Positions 40,424-49,062 of a DNA stretch of 64,000 bases are shown here, piece by piece. Where the stretch lies: NCBI GenBank assembly GCA_016719615.1, contig JADJYQ010000007.1:349070-413069 (forward strand), read 5' to 3'. The stretch's first letter is position 1. Every line of letters starts with the position of its first letter. The position numbers were made by a program, and so were the translations under genes. The stretch is from Saprospiraceae bacterium. GTDB lineage: Bacteria > Bacteroidota > Bacteroidia > Chitinophagales > Saprospiraceae. Under the pieces are notes generated by a model. The model made no database searches and was not told where the DNA came from. It saw nothing but the letters and a program-made list of their open reading frames with translations.

Positions 40424-40548
40424 ATTCAGAGGTGTTTAATCTTCCCTATTATTTCAGACCACGATTCTGAAATAATAAAATTCAACAAGATCAAGAATTT
40501 TACAAGATTCATTAATCAGAACCTGAAAGTATTGGCAGCTAATAACGG
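40424..40548 (+). pseudogene. Shorter recombinase fragment (copy of 31488-31612) lacking the catalytic boxes
   Basis: It reads ...IFPIISDHDSEIIKFNKIKNFTRFINQNLKVLAANNG, then runs into unrelated sequence at 40549. Confidence 0.7.
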
Positions 40549-40906
40549 AAACCCTAGCTCAGGTTCAACCGGAATCGGTGGTTTTTCAAAATGACCGGAA
40601 TATTCAGTGACAATGTCATCATCTAAGTGCCATGCCTTATCGATTGTATATGGTTCAAAACTTTGATATTGAAGCTTTTGTATATTCCTGCCTGTTTCGA
40701 AACGATGAATGCTTAAATTACTATTAACTTATTATTAAATGTAAAAAATTTATAATTTCATTATATCGATTTAGTGAAATTAAGAATTTTTATAATTTCA
40801 TCTGACCCCCCTCTATTGAATAAGTGGTGTGTTTAGTATATCGCCCCACGCTACAATATACAGGCCCCGCGAGGTTTTATTTATTTGGTTTTAACAACAC
40901 AACATG

Positions 40907-43006
40907 TTACAACTTCATAAACTTTGCAACCATTTGTCCCTCCAAATGAATCACATACATTCCAGGTTCCAAATCATAAATAGTTATCGTCTGTTGGTGA
41001 TTATGTAGCGTTTCCATCTTTGTTAATATTCCAAAAGAATTAAAAAATTTCAGCTCGGATTTATCATTTAATTCTCCTCTAAAATCAATATGAATGAGAT
41101 CCAAACTTGGATTTGGAACGATCTCAATCACATGGCGTAAATTGAATGATTGATCTGCAGCATTAGTCATCACGTACTTATAAAGGCCTCCATTAATAGT
41201 ACTTGCAAACAGGCTACCGGTGCTGTCAGAAGTTATTTGATGAATTTTGATGTGCGGGAAAGGCAACCCATTCATGTCAAAGGCAATACAATCATTATTT
41301 ATACATTTGAACAGTCCTTTAACAGGGTCAAATAAGTATATATTGTCTTGTTTATCAAAACCGCAAAGTATCGCATCTTGATGAAATTCGCCTACGCTAT
41401 CAATCACTTCTAATTCCGGACTTAATTTAAACAATGCTTCATCGAGGTAATAAATATCTCCATACGAATTCATTTTAAAAGGATGTTTCATCCAATATTT
41501 TGAGTAAGGGCTTCCATAAGTCCCATACCGTTCCTTTTGAGTAGCATAACAACTTTGAGACCAAAGAACATAATTCCATCCATTGGGGTGAAAAAGCATG
41601 TTATGCAATACTCCATCAAAACCGCACGGAACAACAGGTACATAAACAGATATTTCCAGGTTTTCATCGTATTCTAAAAGGCCATAAGGGTCGCTATCCA
41701 AAAAATAAAATTCATTGTTTTTTCCTATAAACATGAATCTCGTGACCACCTCTTTCAATTTTATGTGAGATTTAAAGAAATCATTAGACTTATAGATCCC
41801 TTTGTTTGTAAATGCATATAGGTCACCTCTCTGATTTTTATGGAGCGACTTTATTGCAGAGCTATCAAAAGTATAATCCAGCTTCAACCAATCCAATCCT
41901 CCATTATGAGTTATGCGAAAATCAGATGTAAAAAAAGAAGGATATGGTTCTGTACCTACGACCAATTGACCCTTTTCATGATGCAAAATGAAAGGTGTAC
42001 TTAAATTTTTTAAATTGCTCCTTAAATCACAAATGGTATCCAACGGATCGGAATAGTAATAAATTAAATCCGCACCAATTCTATGTGTATAAAAAAACAA
42101 CATTTGCCGCTTGTAGAAAGCTACAGGTAGCGTCAAAATATGGCCGCCAATATTTTTCCTTCCGGGAATCTGGGTCCAATTTGCTCCCCCGTCTTCAGAT
42201 AGATAATGCGGCATACCATAGTTGATTAAATTGCCATGAAGATCACTGGTAATTTTACCTCTGATGCTATTCTGGCCAATATGACCTGCTACTAAAGTGT
42301 CTAGCTTATTATTGCTGGGATCGTATAAAAAATTATTGTATAAATTGTCCGTAGTCGTTAAAATTATTTTTCCCTCCGAAGTCGGTATTATGTTCTGAAA
42401 GTTTACCGGTACTGTTAACTGGCTGTCAGATGCTATTCCATTTAGGTCCAATTCGTATAAATTATAGTTGGTATTTCCAAACGCAAGCAGATAATATCTG
42501 GAATTAATTCTACATATTGATTTTGGAAATCTCAATATTGTAGGCGAAGGTTTAATAAAATTAGTAAAAGTCATCCCTTGGTCAATTGTATAATAAAGAT
42601 TGCTTGAGGTAAAACAAAATATAACACCGAAACTATCAACAACGATATTTGTTATTTTCTCATAAGAATAATTCAATTTTTCCCAATCTGTTATCCCTTT
42701 ATTCAAAACATATAATTCAGATCCATTAGCTAAAAATAAACGGTCAAATCCATCACTGACCAAAAGAGCGTCTTTCGAAACAGCGCTTTCCAATCCCCCA
42801 TTGATGTATTTCCAAGTCATTCCAAAATCTTCCGACACTTGTATTCCGGAATAAGGCATGCTGATATACAGTTTGTGGTCTTTTGAGGTGGCAACATTGT
42901 TGATTCGAGAAGCAGCAGGAAGATTGATAGATTCCCATTTATTCTGAGAGTAGATGCAAAACGAATCAATAAAAATCCATAATAACACTAGTATGTATTT
43001 AATCAT
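40907..43006 (-). CDS. BNR/Asp-box repeat protein with T9SS C-terminal sorting domain
   Basis: 699 aa with a signal peptide. It has the Asp-boxes SEDFGMTWKYI and SEDGGANWTQI, and the C-terminus IEIVPNPSLDLIHIDFRG...GMYVIHLEGQMVAKFMKL. Confidence 0.75.
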   Translation of the reverse strand: MIKYILVLLWIFIDSFCIYSQNKWESINLPAASRINNVATSKDHKLYISMPYSGIQVSEDFGMTWKYINGGLESAVSKDALLVSDGFDRLFLANGSELYVLNKGITDWEKLNYSYEKITNIVVDSFGVIFCFTSSNLYYTIDQGMTFTNFIKPSPTILRFPKSICRINSRYYLLAFGNTNYNLYELDLNGIASDSQLTVPVNFQNIIPTSEGKIILTTTDNLYNNFLYDPSNNKLDTLVAGHIGQNSIRGKITSDLHGNLINYGMPHYLSEDGGANWTQIPGRKNIGGHILTLPVAFYKRQMLFFYTHRIGADLIYYYSDPLDTICDLRSNLKNLSTPFILHHEKGQLVVGTEPYPSFFTSDFRITHNGGLDWLKLDYTFDSSAIKSLHKNQRGDLYAFTNKGIYKSNDFFKSHIKLKEVVTRFMFIGKNNEFYFLDSDPYGLLEYDENLEISVYVPVVPCGFDGVLHNMLFHPNGWNYVLWSQSCYATQKERYGTYGSPYSKYWMKHPFKMNSYGDIYYLDEALFKLSPELEVIDSVGEFHQDAILCGFDKQDNIYLFDPVKGLFKCINNDCIAFDMNGLPFPHIKIHQITSDSTGSLFASTINGGLYKYVMTNAADQSFNLRHVIEIVPNPSLDLIHIDFRGELNDKSELKFFNSFGILTKMETLHNHQQTITIYDLEPGMYVIHLEGQMVAKFMKL

Positions 43007-43469
43007 TTTGCATTAGTTTATCTCAAATATAAATAATTTCCCACATATCCGGCAAACCGATAACTGATATGTGAGTGCAATTTAATCTTGTCGTCTGTTT
43101 CAACCACTCAGGAAAGTGAATGAGTATTATTTTTATTGACGGCCAACTTTTTAATAGGAAAGGATATTAAAAGGAATAAAATAATGCAAAAATTTAAAAG
43201 AAGAACAACAACTCTTCTATAAAAGCAAAAATGCAGAGCATCTTGGCTTGCGTTTTTCGATTTCCTTTCTTCGAATGAAGGATGAACTACTGTATATGTA
43301 TCACACTCTATGCCATAAGTCATAAATAAATTACTAATTTTTGCACAAAATGCTTTTTTAATCAATATCCAGAAGTTGTCCTAAGCTAACATTGGATTTT
43401 GAAATTGAATTATCATATCCTAATAAAAAAGGAGCTACAAATTTCACATTGTAACTCCTTAATTATCAG

Positions 43470-43544
43470 TGGGAGATACTGGGTTCGAACCAGTGACCCT
43501 CTGCTTGTAAGGCAGATGCTCTGAACCAGCTGAGCTAATCTCCC
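43470..43544 (-). tRNA. tRNA-Val (anticodon TAC)
   Basis: The reverse complement GGGAGATTAGCTCAGCTGGTTCAGAGCATCTGCCTTACAAGCAGAGGGTCACTGGTTCGAACCCAGTATCTCCCA folds as a cloverleaf: 7-bp acceptor, GCTC/GAGC D stem, TCTGC/GCAGA anticodon stem with loop CTTACAA, and a GGTTCGAAC T loop. No CCA is encoded. Confidence 0.9.
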
Positions 43545-43661
43545 TTTTCATAGGGACGGCAAAGATACCAGCAGATTTCTCTTTTCCAAAATGATTAGCA
43601 TATTTTTCCTGCTTGCTTATATATGTCATTATAAGACAATAGTATTCATATTAAACTATTA

Positions 43662-45116
43662 TCAATTTGTATCGGTTTCTTCAGGTGAGGAATGGCGCAT
43701 TTCGACGATGGAGAGTATCCTGAAGGCAAAAGCAATGCCTAAAATACTCGTAGTGGTTAATCCAATTTTGACCTTCCAATCGAGCTCAAACTGGTAAATT
43801 CCGAAGGCAAGCAGCCAGGAAAGTCCGCAAAATACAAAGGTGAACAATACAAAATCGCGGGTGATGTTGACCAATGACTTCAGCCAAATATAAATCGCCT
43901 GTATAAAAAATAAAGTGCCATGAACTACCACCGCGACGATTGCAGTTGCCTGTGCTCCATATTCAGGAATCCATTTCCAATTCAATAGGATGCACAATAT
44001 TGCAGCCAAGGCATAAAATATTAGCAATACCCTTTCTTTATGAACTGCCTGATAAAATGCGCCTAATATAAAATTTAAACTTGCTGGAAGAAAGGCCATC
44101 ATGACTATTGCAAAAGTCTGAATCCATAATGGATCATTTCTTTTATATAAAATATCGACCCATTCTGCTGCATAAAAAAATCCGAGTGTACTTACCAGTA
44201 AGGTGCCAACCAGCAACCATTTTACAGACAACTTAAACAAGCCACTGAGTTTATCTGCTTGTTCATGCAATCGCGAAAACATGGCCAATAATAATCCACC
44301 AATCGCTAGTGAAAACATACTTGCTGCTTCAAACAATCGCATCGCAGATGCATATATACCTGCCTGTTCAGCTCCATGTTCATGCAGCCGATGTAATAAT
44401 ACAACATCAGCTTTGTTATAAATAGAACCGCATAAATAAATGAAAGCAAATGGCAATGTTGAAATTAATAAATTTTTGATGGGGATCACATCGGGAAATA
44501 ATCTTTGAAAAACCAATCCTTTCTTCTTTAAAAAAATATAAGTTAAAATAAATGTGATCGCCAAAGAAATACTTTGTATCCAGATAAATCCATGTATGTT
44601 TAAATAGCTATGAAAAAAAGGAATCCATAGTAGCGCAGACCCCATTAAAATTAATATAAACCGGTCCATTACAGAAAAAAAACTATCCTGTCTGTAAAAT
44701 CCTAATCCTGAAATTCCGGCTCTGTTAAATGAAATAGCACTCGCTAAAACCTGATTAATCGCCAAATGAAATATCAATATCCAGTAATCCGATGGGTAAT
44801 TTGCAGCTTTGCACATGATTACAATAACTCCAATGTATATCGTGGAGAGTAAAATTTTCATCACAGCGAATTCCTGAAGGCGTTTTAAACTATCATCTCT
44901 GTTCTGACTAACAAATCGGTTGATCAGGTTTTGTAATCCAAAATCATTGATAAACTGAAACACCAAGGTAAAATTGAATAAACTGTAATAAAGTCCATAT
45001 TGCTCTGCTCCCAATGCCAATTGGAAATTTCTGTCTATACCTAAAAGAAAATAGACTTTGATCAATAAATTGCTGACCAATAATAAACTTACGTTAACTA
45101 CAAATTCGCGTTTCAT
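43662..45116 (-). CDS. Polysaccharide/oligosaccharide flippase-like (MOP/Wzx family) membrane protein
   Basis: 484 aa with about 12-14 hydrophobic helices. The N-terminus VNVSLLLVSNLLIKVYFLLGIDRNFQLALGAEQYGLYYSLFNF is typical of Wzx-type proteins. Assigned by eye. Confidence 0.6.
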   Translation of the reverse strand: MKREFVVNVSLLLVSNLLIKVYFLLGIDRNFQLALGAEQYGLYYSLFNFTLVFQFINDFGLQNLINRFVSQNRDDSLKRLQEFAVMKILLSTIYIGVIVIMCKAANYPSDYWILIFHLAINQVLASAISFNRAGISGLGFYRQDSFFSVMDRFILILMGSALLWIPFFHSYLNIHGFIWIQSISLAITFILTYIFLKKKGLVFQRLFPDVIPIKNLLISTLPFAFIYLCGSIYNKADVVLLHRLHEHGAEQAGIYASAMRLFEAASMFSLAIGGLLLAMFSRLHEQADKLSGLFKLSVKWLLVGTLLVSTLGFFYAAEWVDILYKRNDPLWIQTFAIVMMAFLPASLNFILGAFYQAVHKERVLLIFYALAAILCILLNWKWIPEYGAQATAIVAVVVHGTLFFIQAIYIWLKSLVNITRDFVLFTFVFCGLSWLLAFGIYQFELDWKVKIGLTTTSILGIAFAFRILSIVEMRHSSPEETDTN

Positions 45117-45237
45117 CTAAAAACTGCAAGATACAAATAGGCGCTTAATTCGCATTTTGATACGACATTTGATAATTCATAGTTCTCCTTCAGAACATTC
45201 CATTTATTCCCTATTTTTGGAACTATAATTTTCATCC

Positions 45238-47661
45238 ATGAATTTTGCCATCAATTTCAGTCAAACTGCTTTTTATTTACTATTGCTTCTTTCAGGATTT
45301 TCCATCACTCTACCCGGTCAACACATTAAGTTTCAGAAGACTTATGCCCCCGGTACATTTACTCCCGGTATCAAAAACAATCAGGCCAGCTTCTACGATC
45401 TTGAAAGTTTGTCAGATGATGGTTTCGCAACCTTGGGTTTTATCAATGACACATCCAATTTTTCAGAAGGCCATTTGGTGCGTTACGATTGTACAGGCAA
45501 GGTACTTTGGGGTAAAAGGCTGGGTTTTTCAGGATCACCAACCAATACCAATGCCGGAATTATAGAAACCCCTGAAGGTGATATCGTATTCAGCTTCAAT
45601 CTGGGTACCGGTTTTTTCAGAGCTTCGATCCTGGTAGGTCGAATATCAAAAGACGGTCAAACGAAGTGGATGAAACGCATTGGCAACAGTACTGAATTTG
45701 GTCGGGATATTGCCATGACTTCAGATGGAGGATTCATCATCGCTGGGAGCACTGGTACACATGGTACTGATGCAGTTGCAGATGATATCTATCTTATCAA
45801 ATTGGATGCACTTGGCAATGTCGTTTGGAGCAAAACTTTTGGTAATCCTGCAGGTACTTACGATGAGGCTTTTGCCGTAAAATTGGATTCCCGCAATCGG
45901 ATCATCGTCACGGGTCGTTGTATCGCAGATACTACCTTTCAAGCTTTTATTTTGCAAGCGGATGCTAACGGAAATCCTTTGCGATTTAAAACTTGGGGCT
46001 ATCATAACCAACGCACCAATGCCTTTGATTTGATCGTCGACAAAGAAGATCATTATCTGATCACTGGTTTTACTACCTTACTTGAAGACAATCATGCAAG
46101 TTCTGAAAATGATGCCTACCTCATTAAGGTAGACAGTAGCTTGAACACCGTTTTTGCTAATGTGTATGAAGTGAATCGTGGAAGTGACAATAGCACAATT
46201 GGAGAAGGCTTAAGCTTGTTGGATGACGGGGGCTATGCGATTGGTGTAAGTTCACTGGGATTTTCAACACACAATGTAAATTTCCCAAATTCACCTAACA
46301 AAAATGCGCTTTATGTCATCAATAAAAACGGCAGCATCCGCAAGATCTTTTTATACAATCAACACGGTTCGCAATATACCCGAGTACGTAAAAGCAGCAA
46401 GGGGTCTGTTCTCATTGGCGGTTTTTCGAGAGCTTATACCGACCGCAATCATAGCCAGGGGCTCATCATCAAAACCGATAATCTATATCAATCGGGTTGT
46501 TATGATATTGACGTCACTCCTGAAGTGAGTTTATACAGCCCGACATGGCAGGTAGCTGATTATATTTACCAAAGCAGATCCGGCCATCGAATTTTAGATT
46601 ACCTCAATTTCAGCGATTCCCTGAGTAAGGAACAAGTCCTTTGCGAAGAAATTCCATTTTTGACTCCAGATTTTAATGGACCAACTGAAGCCTGTCCCGG
46701 TAAGGTATCATTTGAAGACCAATCTGCAGGACCAGGAACTGGTTATTGGTTGATCAATCAGGATACCATTAAAGTTGATGGCAGCCTTGATTTCGTATTC
46801 ACTAAATCAGGTACATATCAAATTACAAGAGTATTGCAATTTAGTTGTATCGTAAAATCCATCACGAAAGAAATTCTGATCAACTCAGGTTTCATAGATA
46901 CTTTAAATTATTCAATATGTGAAGGTAGCTCTTATGACTTTAGAGGAAACACTTATCATCAAGCTGGCATATACAACATAAACCTACCGGGATCGGCAGG
47001 CCAGTGCGACTCTGTATTTATACTCAACTTAAATCTCGCGAAACCCACAGAACTTTCAGAAGCAAAGACTTTTTGCGGCAGCTCTTTTAGCTATCTAGGA
47101 AATACTTACGATCGTTCGGGAGAATATAACATTACTCTTAAAGACCAAAATGGATGTGACAGCTTGATCATCCGGCTCAAACTTGATAAAATTTATGATC
47201 ATACCAGTTCAAATCCCATTGAATTGGATACGGTAAGATTTTGCGATCAATTCTCGTACAAAAATTTCGTGTTTACCAAAAGCGGTGCTTATAAAAATTT
47301 CCCGGTGGATACCCTGGATGACTGTAAGATTGAAAGCATCAATATGGTTCTCGTCGATGATTGCAATTGTCTTACTTTTCCAAATGCATTTACTCCGGGA
47401 AATGGCGATGACATCAACAATGATTTCAGACCTTTCATCACCTGCCCTGAAATCATAGGCAATTACTCTTTAAAAATATTTAATCGCTGGGGTCAGGAAG
47501 TATATATGAGCAACAGCCCTGATTCAGGCTGGGATGGTTTCAAAGACGGAAAGCCACTTCCTATTGATACATATATGTATCAATGCAGCTACGATATTCG
47601 TTATAATGATACAGACATCAGGAAGCGAACAAGGAAAGGCTCGGTGAGCCTCATTAGATAA
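45238..47661 (+). CDS. T9SS type-B (gliding-motility-associated C-terminal domain) cargo protein
   Basis: 807 aa with a signal peptide. It has repeated DGG(F/Y)(I/A)(I/G) propeller-like motifs and NGCDS/CDSV modules. The C-terminus is TFPNAFTPGNGDDINNDFRPF...IFNRWGQEVY...GWDG...PIDTYMYQ...GSVSLIR. Confidence 0.85.
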   Translation: MNFAINFSQTAFYLLLLLSGFSITLPGQHIKFQKTYAPGTFTPGIKNNQASFYDLESLSDDGFATLGFINDTSNFSEGHLVRYDCTGKVLWGKRLGFSGSPTNTNAGIIETPEGDIVFSFNLGTGFFRASILVGRISKDGQTKWMKRIGNSTEFGRDIAMTSDGGFIIAGSTGTHGTDAVADDIYLIKLDALGNVVWSKTFGNPAGTYDEAFAVKLDSRNRIIVTGRCIADTTFQAFILQADANGNPLRFKTWGYHNQRTNAFDLIVDKEDHYLITGFTTLLEDNHASSENDAYLIKVDSSLNTVFANVYEVNRGSDNSTIGEGLSLLDDGGYAIGVSSLGFSTHNVNFPNSPNKNALYVINKNGSIRKIFLYNQHGSQYTRVRKSSKGSVLIGGFSRAYTDRNHSQGLIIKTDNLYQSGCYDIDVTPEVSLYSPTWQVADYIYQSRSGHRILDYLNFSDSLSKEQVLCEEIPFLTPDFNGPTEACPGKVSFEDQSAGPGTGYWLINQDTIKVDGSLDFVFTKSGTYQITRVLQFSCIVKSITKEILINSGFIDTLNYSICEGSSYDFRGNTYHQAGIYNINLPGSAGQCDSVFILNLNLAKPTELSEAKTFCGSSFSYLGNTYDRSGEYNITLKDQNGCDSLIIRLKLDKIYDHTSSNPIELDTVRFCDQFSYKNFVFTKSGAYKNFPVDTLDDCKIESINMVLVDDCNCLTFPNAFTPGNGDDINNDFRPFITCPEIIGNYSLKIFNRWGQEVYMSNSPDSGWDGFKDGKPLPIDTYMYQCSYDIRYNDTDIRKRTRKGSVSLIR

Positions 47662-47841
47662 TAATGAGGTAAAGGGATTAAAAAAGAATGAACTAAACTC
47701 ATATATATTTCAAGTAATTGAAAGAATTAAATCTAATAAACGTTTGTTAGCTTTATTCAATTGCTCCGGAAAAAATCATAACCATTACAAACAACAAAAT
47801 TTTTCATTCCGGTATTGTAAAATTCTTCAGACTGCCAACTT

Positions 47842-48597
47842 TTATCCCTCTTCCGGATGCCAAAAAAAATCTTCCATAGGAGTTACTTTGTGATCTACAA
47901 CCTTTACACCTTCTTTCCGCAGTAATTTAGCCATGCGTTCGCCGGCTTCACCAAACATCATTCGGCCGCTGAGTTCTCCTTTGACATTGACGACCCTGTG
48001 TGCCGGGATATTTGAAACATGGCCTTTGAGTTGATTTAATGCCCAGCCTACCATTCTCGCCGAACCTAATGATAAATAATCTGCAATAGCCCCATAAGTG
48101 CTTACGCGACCTCTAGGAATCGTCTGAACAACACCGTAGACCCAATCGAAATAATTGTCTTTCGGAACCAGAGCATTGTTGTATAAATTGACGGCCTCTT
48201 CTTCCAATTCTCGCATTTGCTTTTGTTCAGCTTTAGTTTTGTCCTTAAAACCGAGTAAATGCAAGATTCCATGGATGATGACGCGCAATTTTTCTTGTTC
48301 TACATCCTGATTAAACTTTGGGGCATTATCAATGACCCGATCTATACTAATGTACAGTTCGCCCTCAATTTTATCATTTGCTAAAGGAAAGGTAATGATG
48401 TCAGTAAAATAGTCGTGGCCCAAAAACTGCTTGTTCATGTTCAGCAGATACAGGTCATCACAAAAAATGATATTGATGTTTCCGGGTTTCTTTCCATGTA
48501 ACTTGATCATTTTGTTGATCCATTCCTTCCATTTTCTTTCCGGAATTTCAAATGTCTCACATTGAAAATCAAATTGGATGTTTGAAGCAGGTGGCAT
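47842..48597 (-). CDS. ybeY: Fusion of rRNA-maturation endoribonuclease YbeY with an alkyltransferase-like (MGMT-fold, Cys-less) DNA-binding domain
   Basis: 251 aa in one frame. Residues ~1-140 contain the YbeY metal motif HGILHLLGFKD. Residues ~150-251 read VYGVVQTIPRGRVSTYGAIADYLSLGSARMVGWAL...NIPAHRVVNVKGELSG, i.e. the MGMT PCHRV box with Ala in place of Cys. Confidence 0.8.
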   Translation of the reverse strand: MPPASNIQFDFQCETFEIPERKWKEWINKMIKLHGKKPGNINIIFCDDLYLLNMNKQFLGHDYFTDIITFPLANDKIEGELYISIDRVIDNAPKFNQDVEQEKLRVIIHGILHLLGFKDKTKAEQKQMRELEEEAVNLYNNALVPKDNYFDWVYGVVQTIPRGRVSTYGAIADYLSLGSARMVGWALNQLKGHVSNIPAHRVVNVKGELSGRMMFGEAGERMAKLLRKEGVKVVDHKVTPMEDFFWHPEEG

Positions 48598-48666
48598 TTA
48601 AAAAATTACCTTACAAGTGTTAGCTAAATAAACAGCACATGCATACGATGTATGACTAATTGATAT

Positions 48667-49062
48667 TTATGATGTCTGAATTGCAAATTTGATCTCTACC
48701 GTACGACCATTATCTGAAAAAATAACGCGATCAGATAAGCGTTGCATGAGGAAAACGCCTCTTCCGCCACATTGATGAATATTTTCAGGCAGTGTTGGAT
48801 CCGGAATGGAAGCCGGATCAAAACCTTGTCCCTCGTCAGAAATTTTAAAGCAGATATGCTTTTTCATCCGTGTCATTTTCAGACTTACAAATTTATTACA
48901 ATCGGATTTGTTACCGTGTAATATGGCATTATTTACGGCTTCAGTAATCGACACCAGAATATTCGGATATAGACTTTTGTCTAAATGGTATTCGTTAAAA
49001 ATGGTGTGCAGGTATTCTTCTACCTGACAAATATTAGCCGGTACTGAAGCAATGCGGATCAT
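48667..49062 (-). CDS. HATPase_c-type anti-sigma-factor-like serine kinase (RsbW/SpoIIAB-like)
   Basis: Track ORF 48667..49146. I prefer ATG 49062 (MIRIASVPAN...), which gives an ATGA overlap with the upstream stop. It has the N box EAVNNAILHG, G1 ISDEGQGFD and G2 CGGRGVFLM. Confidence 0.75.
   Translation of the reverse strand: MIRIASVPANICQVEEYLHTIFNEYHLDKSLYPNILVSITEAVNNAILHGNKSDCNKFVSLKMTRMKKHICFKISDEGQGFDPASIPDPTLPENIHQCGGRGVFLMQRLSDRVIFSDNGRTVEIKFAIQTS

Larger units (their letters stand above)
38872..40548. repeat. Direct repeat copy R2 (about 1.68 kb)
   Basis: Partner of 29935-31612. The right boundary is sharp: both copies read ...GCTAATAACGG and then diverge (31612 / 40548). Confidence 0.9.

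Noticed and set aside
29935-40548. Composite transposon or IS-flanked island.
   Set aside because: Neither repeat encodes a transposase or shows terminal inverted repeats, and the left repeat boundary lies inside a chromosomal gene. Duplication or homologous integration fits better.
40520-40730. Open minus-strand frame reading …RFETGRNIQKLQYQSFEPYTIDKAWHLDDDIVTEYSGHFEKPPIPVEPELGF that runs into the R2 boundary. I considered it the missing N-terminal piece of the Fic relic at 35083..35418.
   Set aside because: It has no start codon and stops on both sides. The resemblance to Fic N-terminal regions is only impressionistic and cannot be supported without a search.
43108-43365. 85-aa minus-strand ORF between the BNR gene and tRNA-Val.
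   Set aside because: It has no signal or motif and an odd composition, and it lies in an AT-rich spacer. It cannot be supported as a gene.
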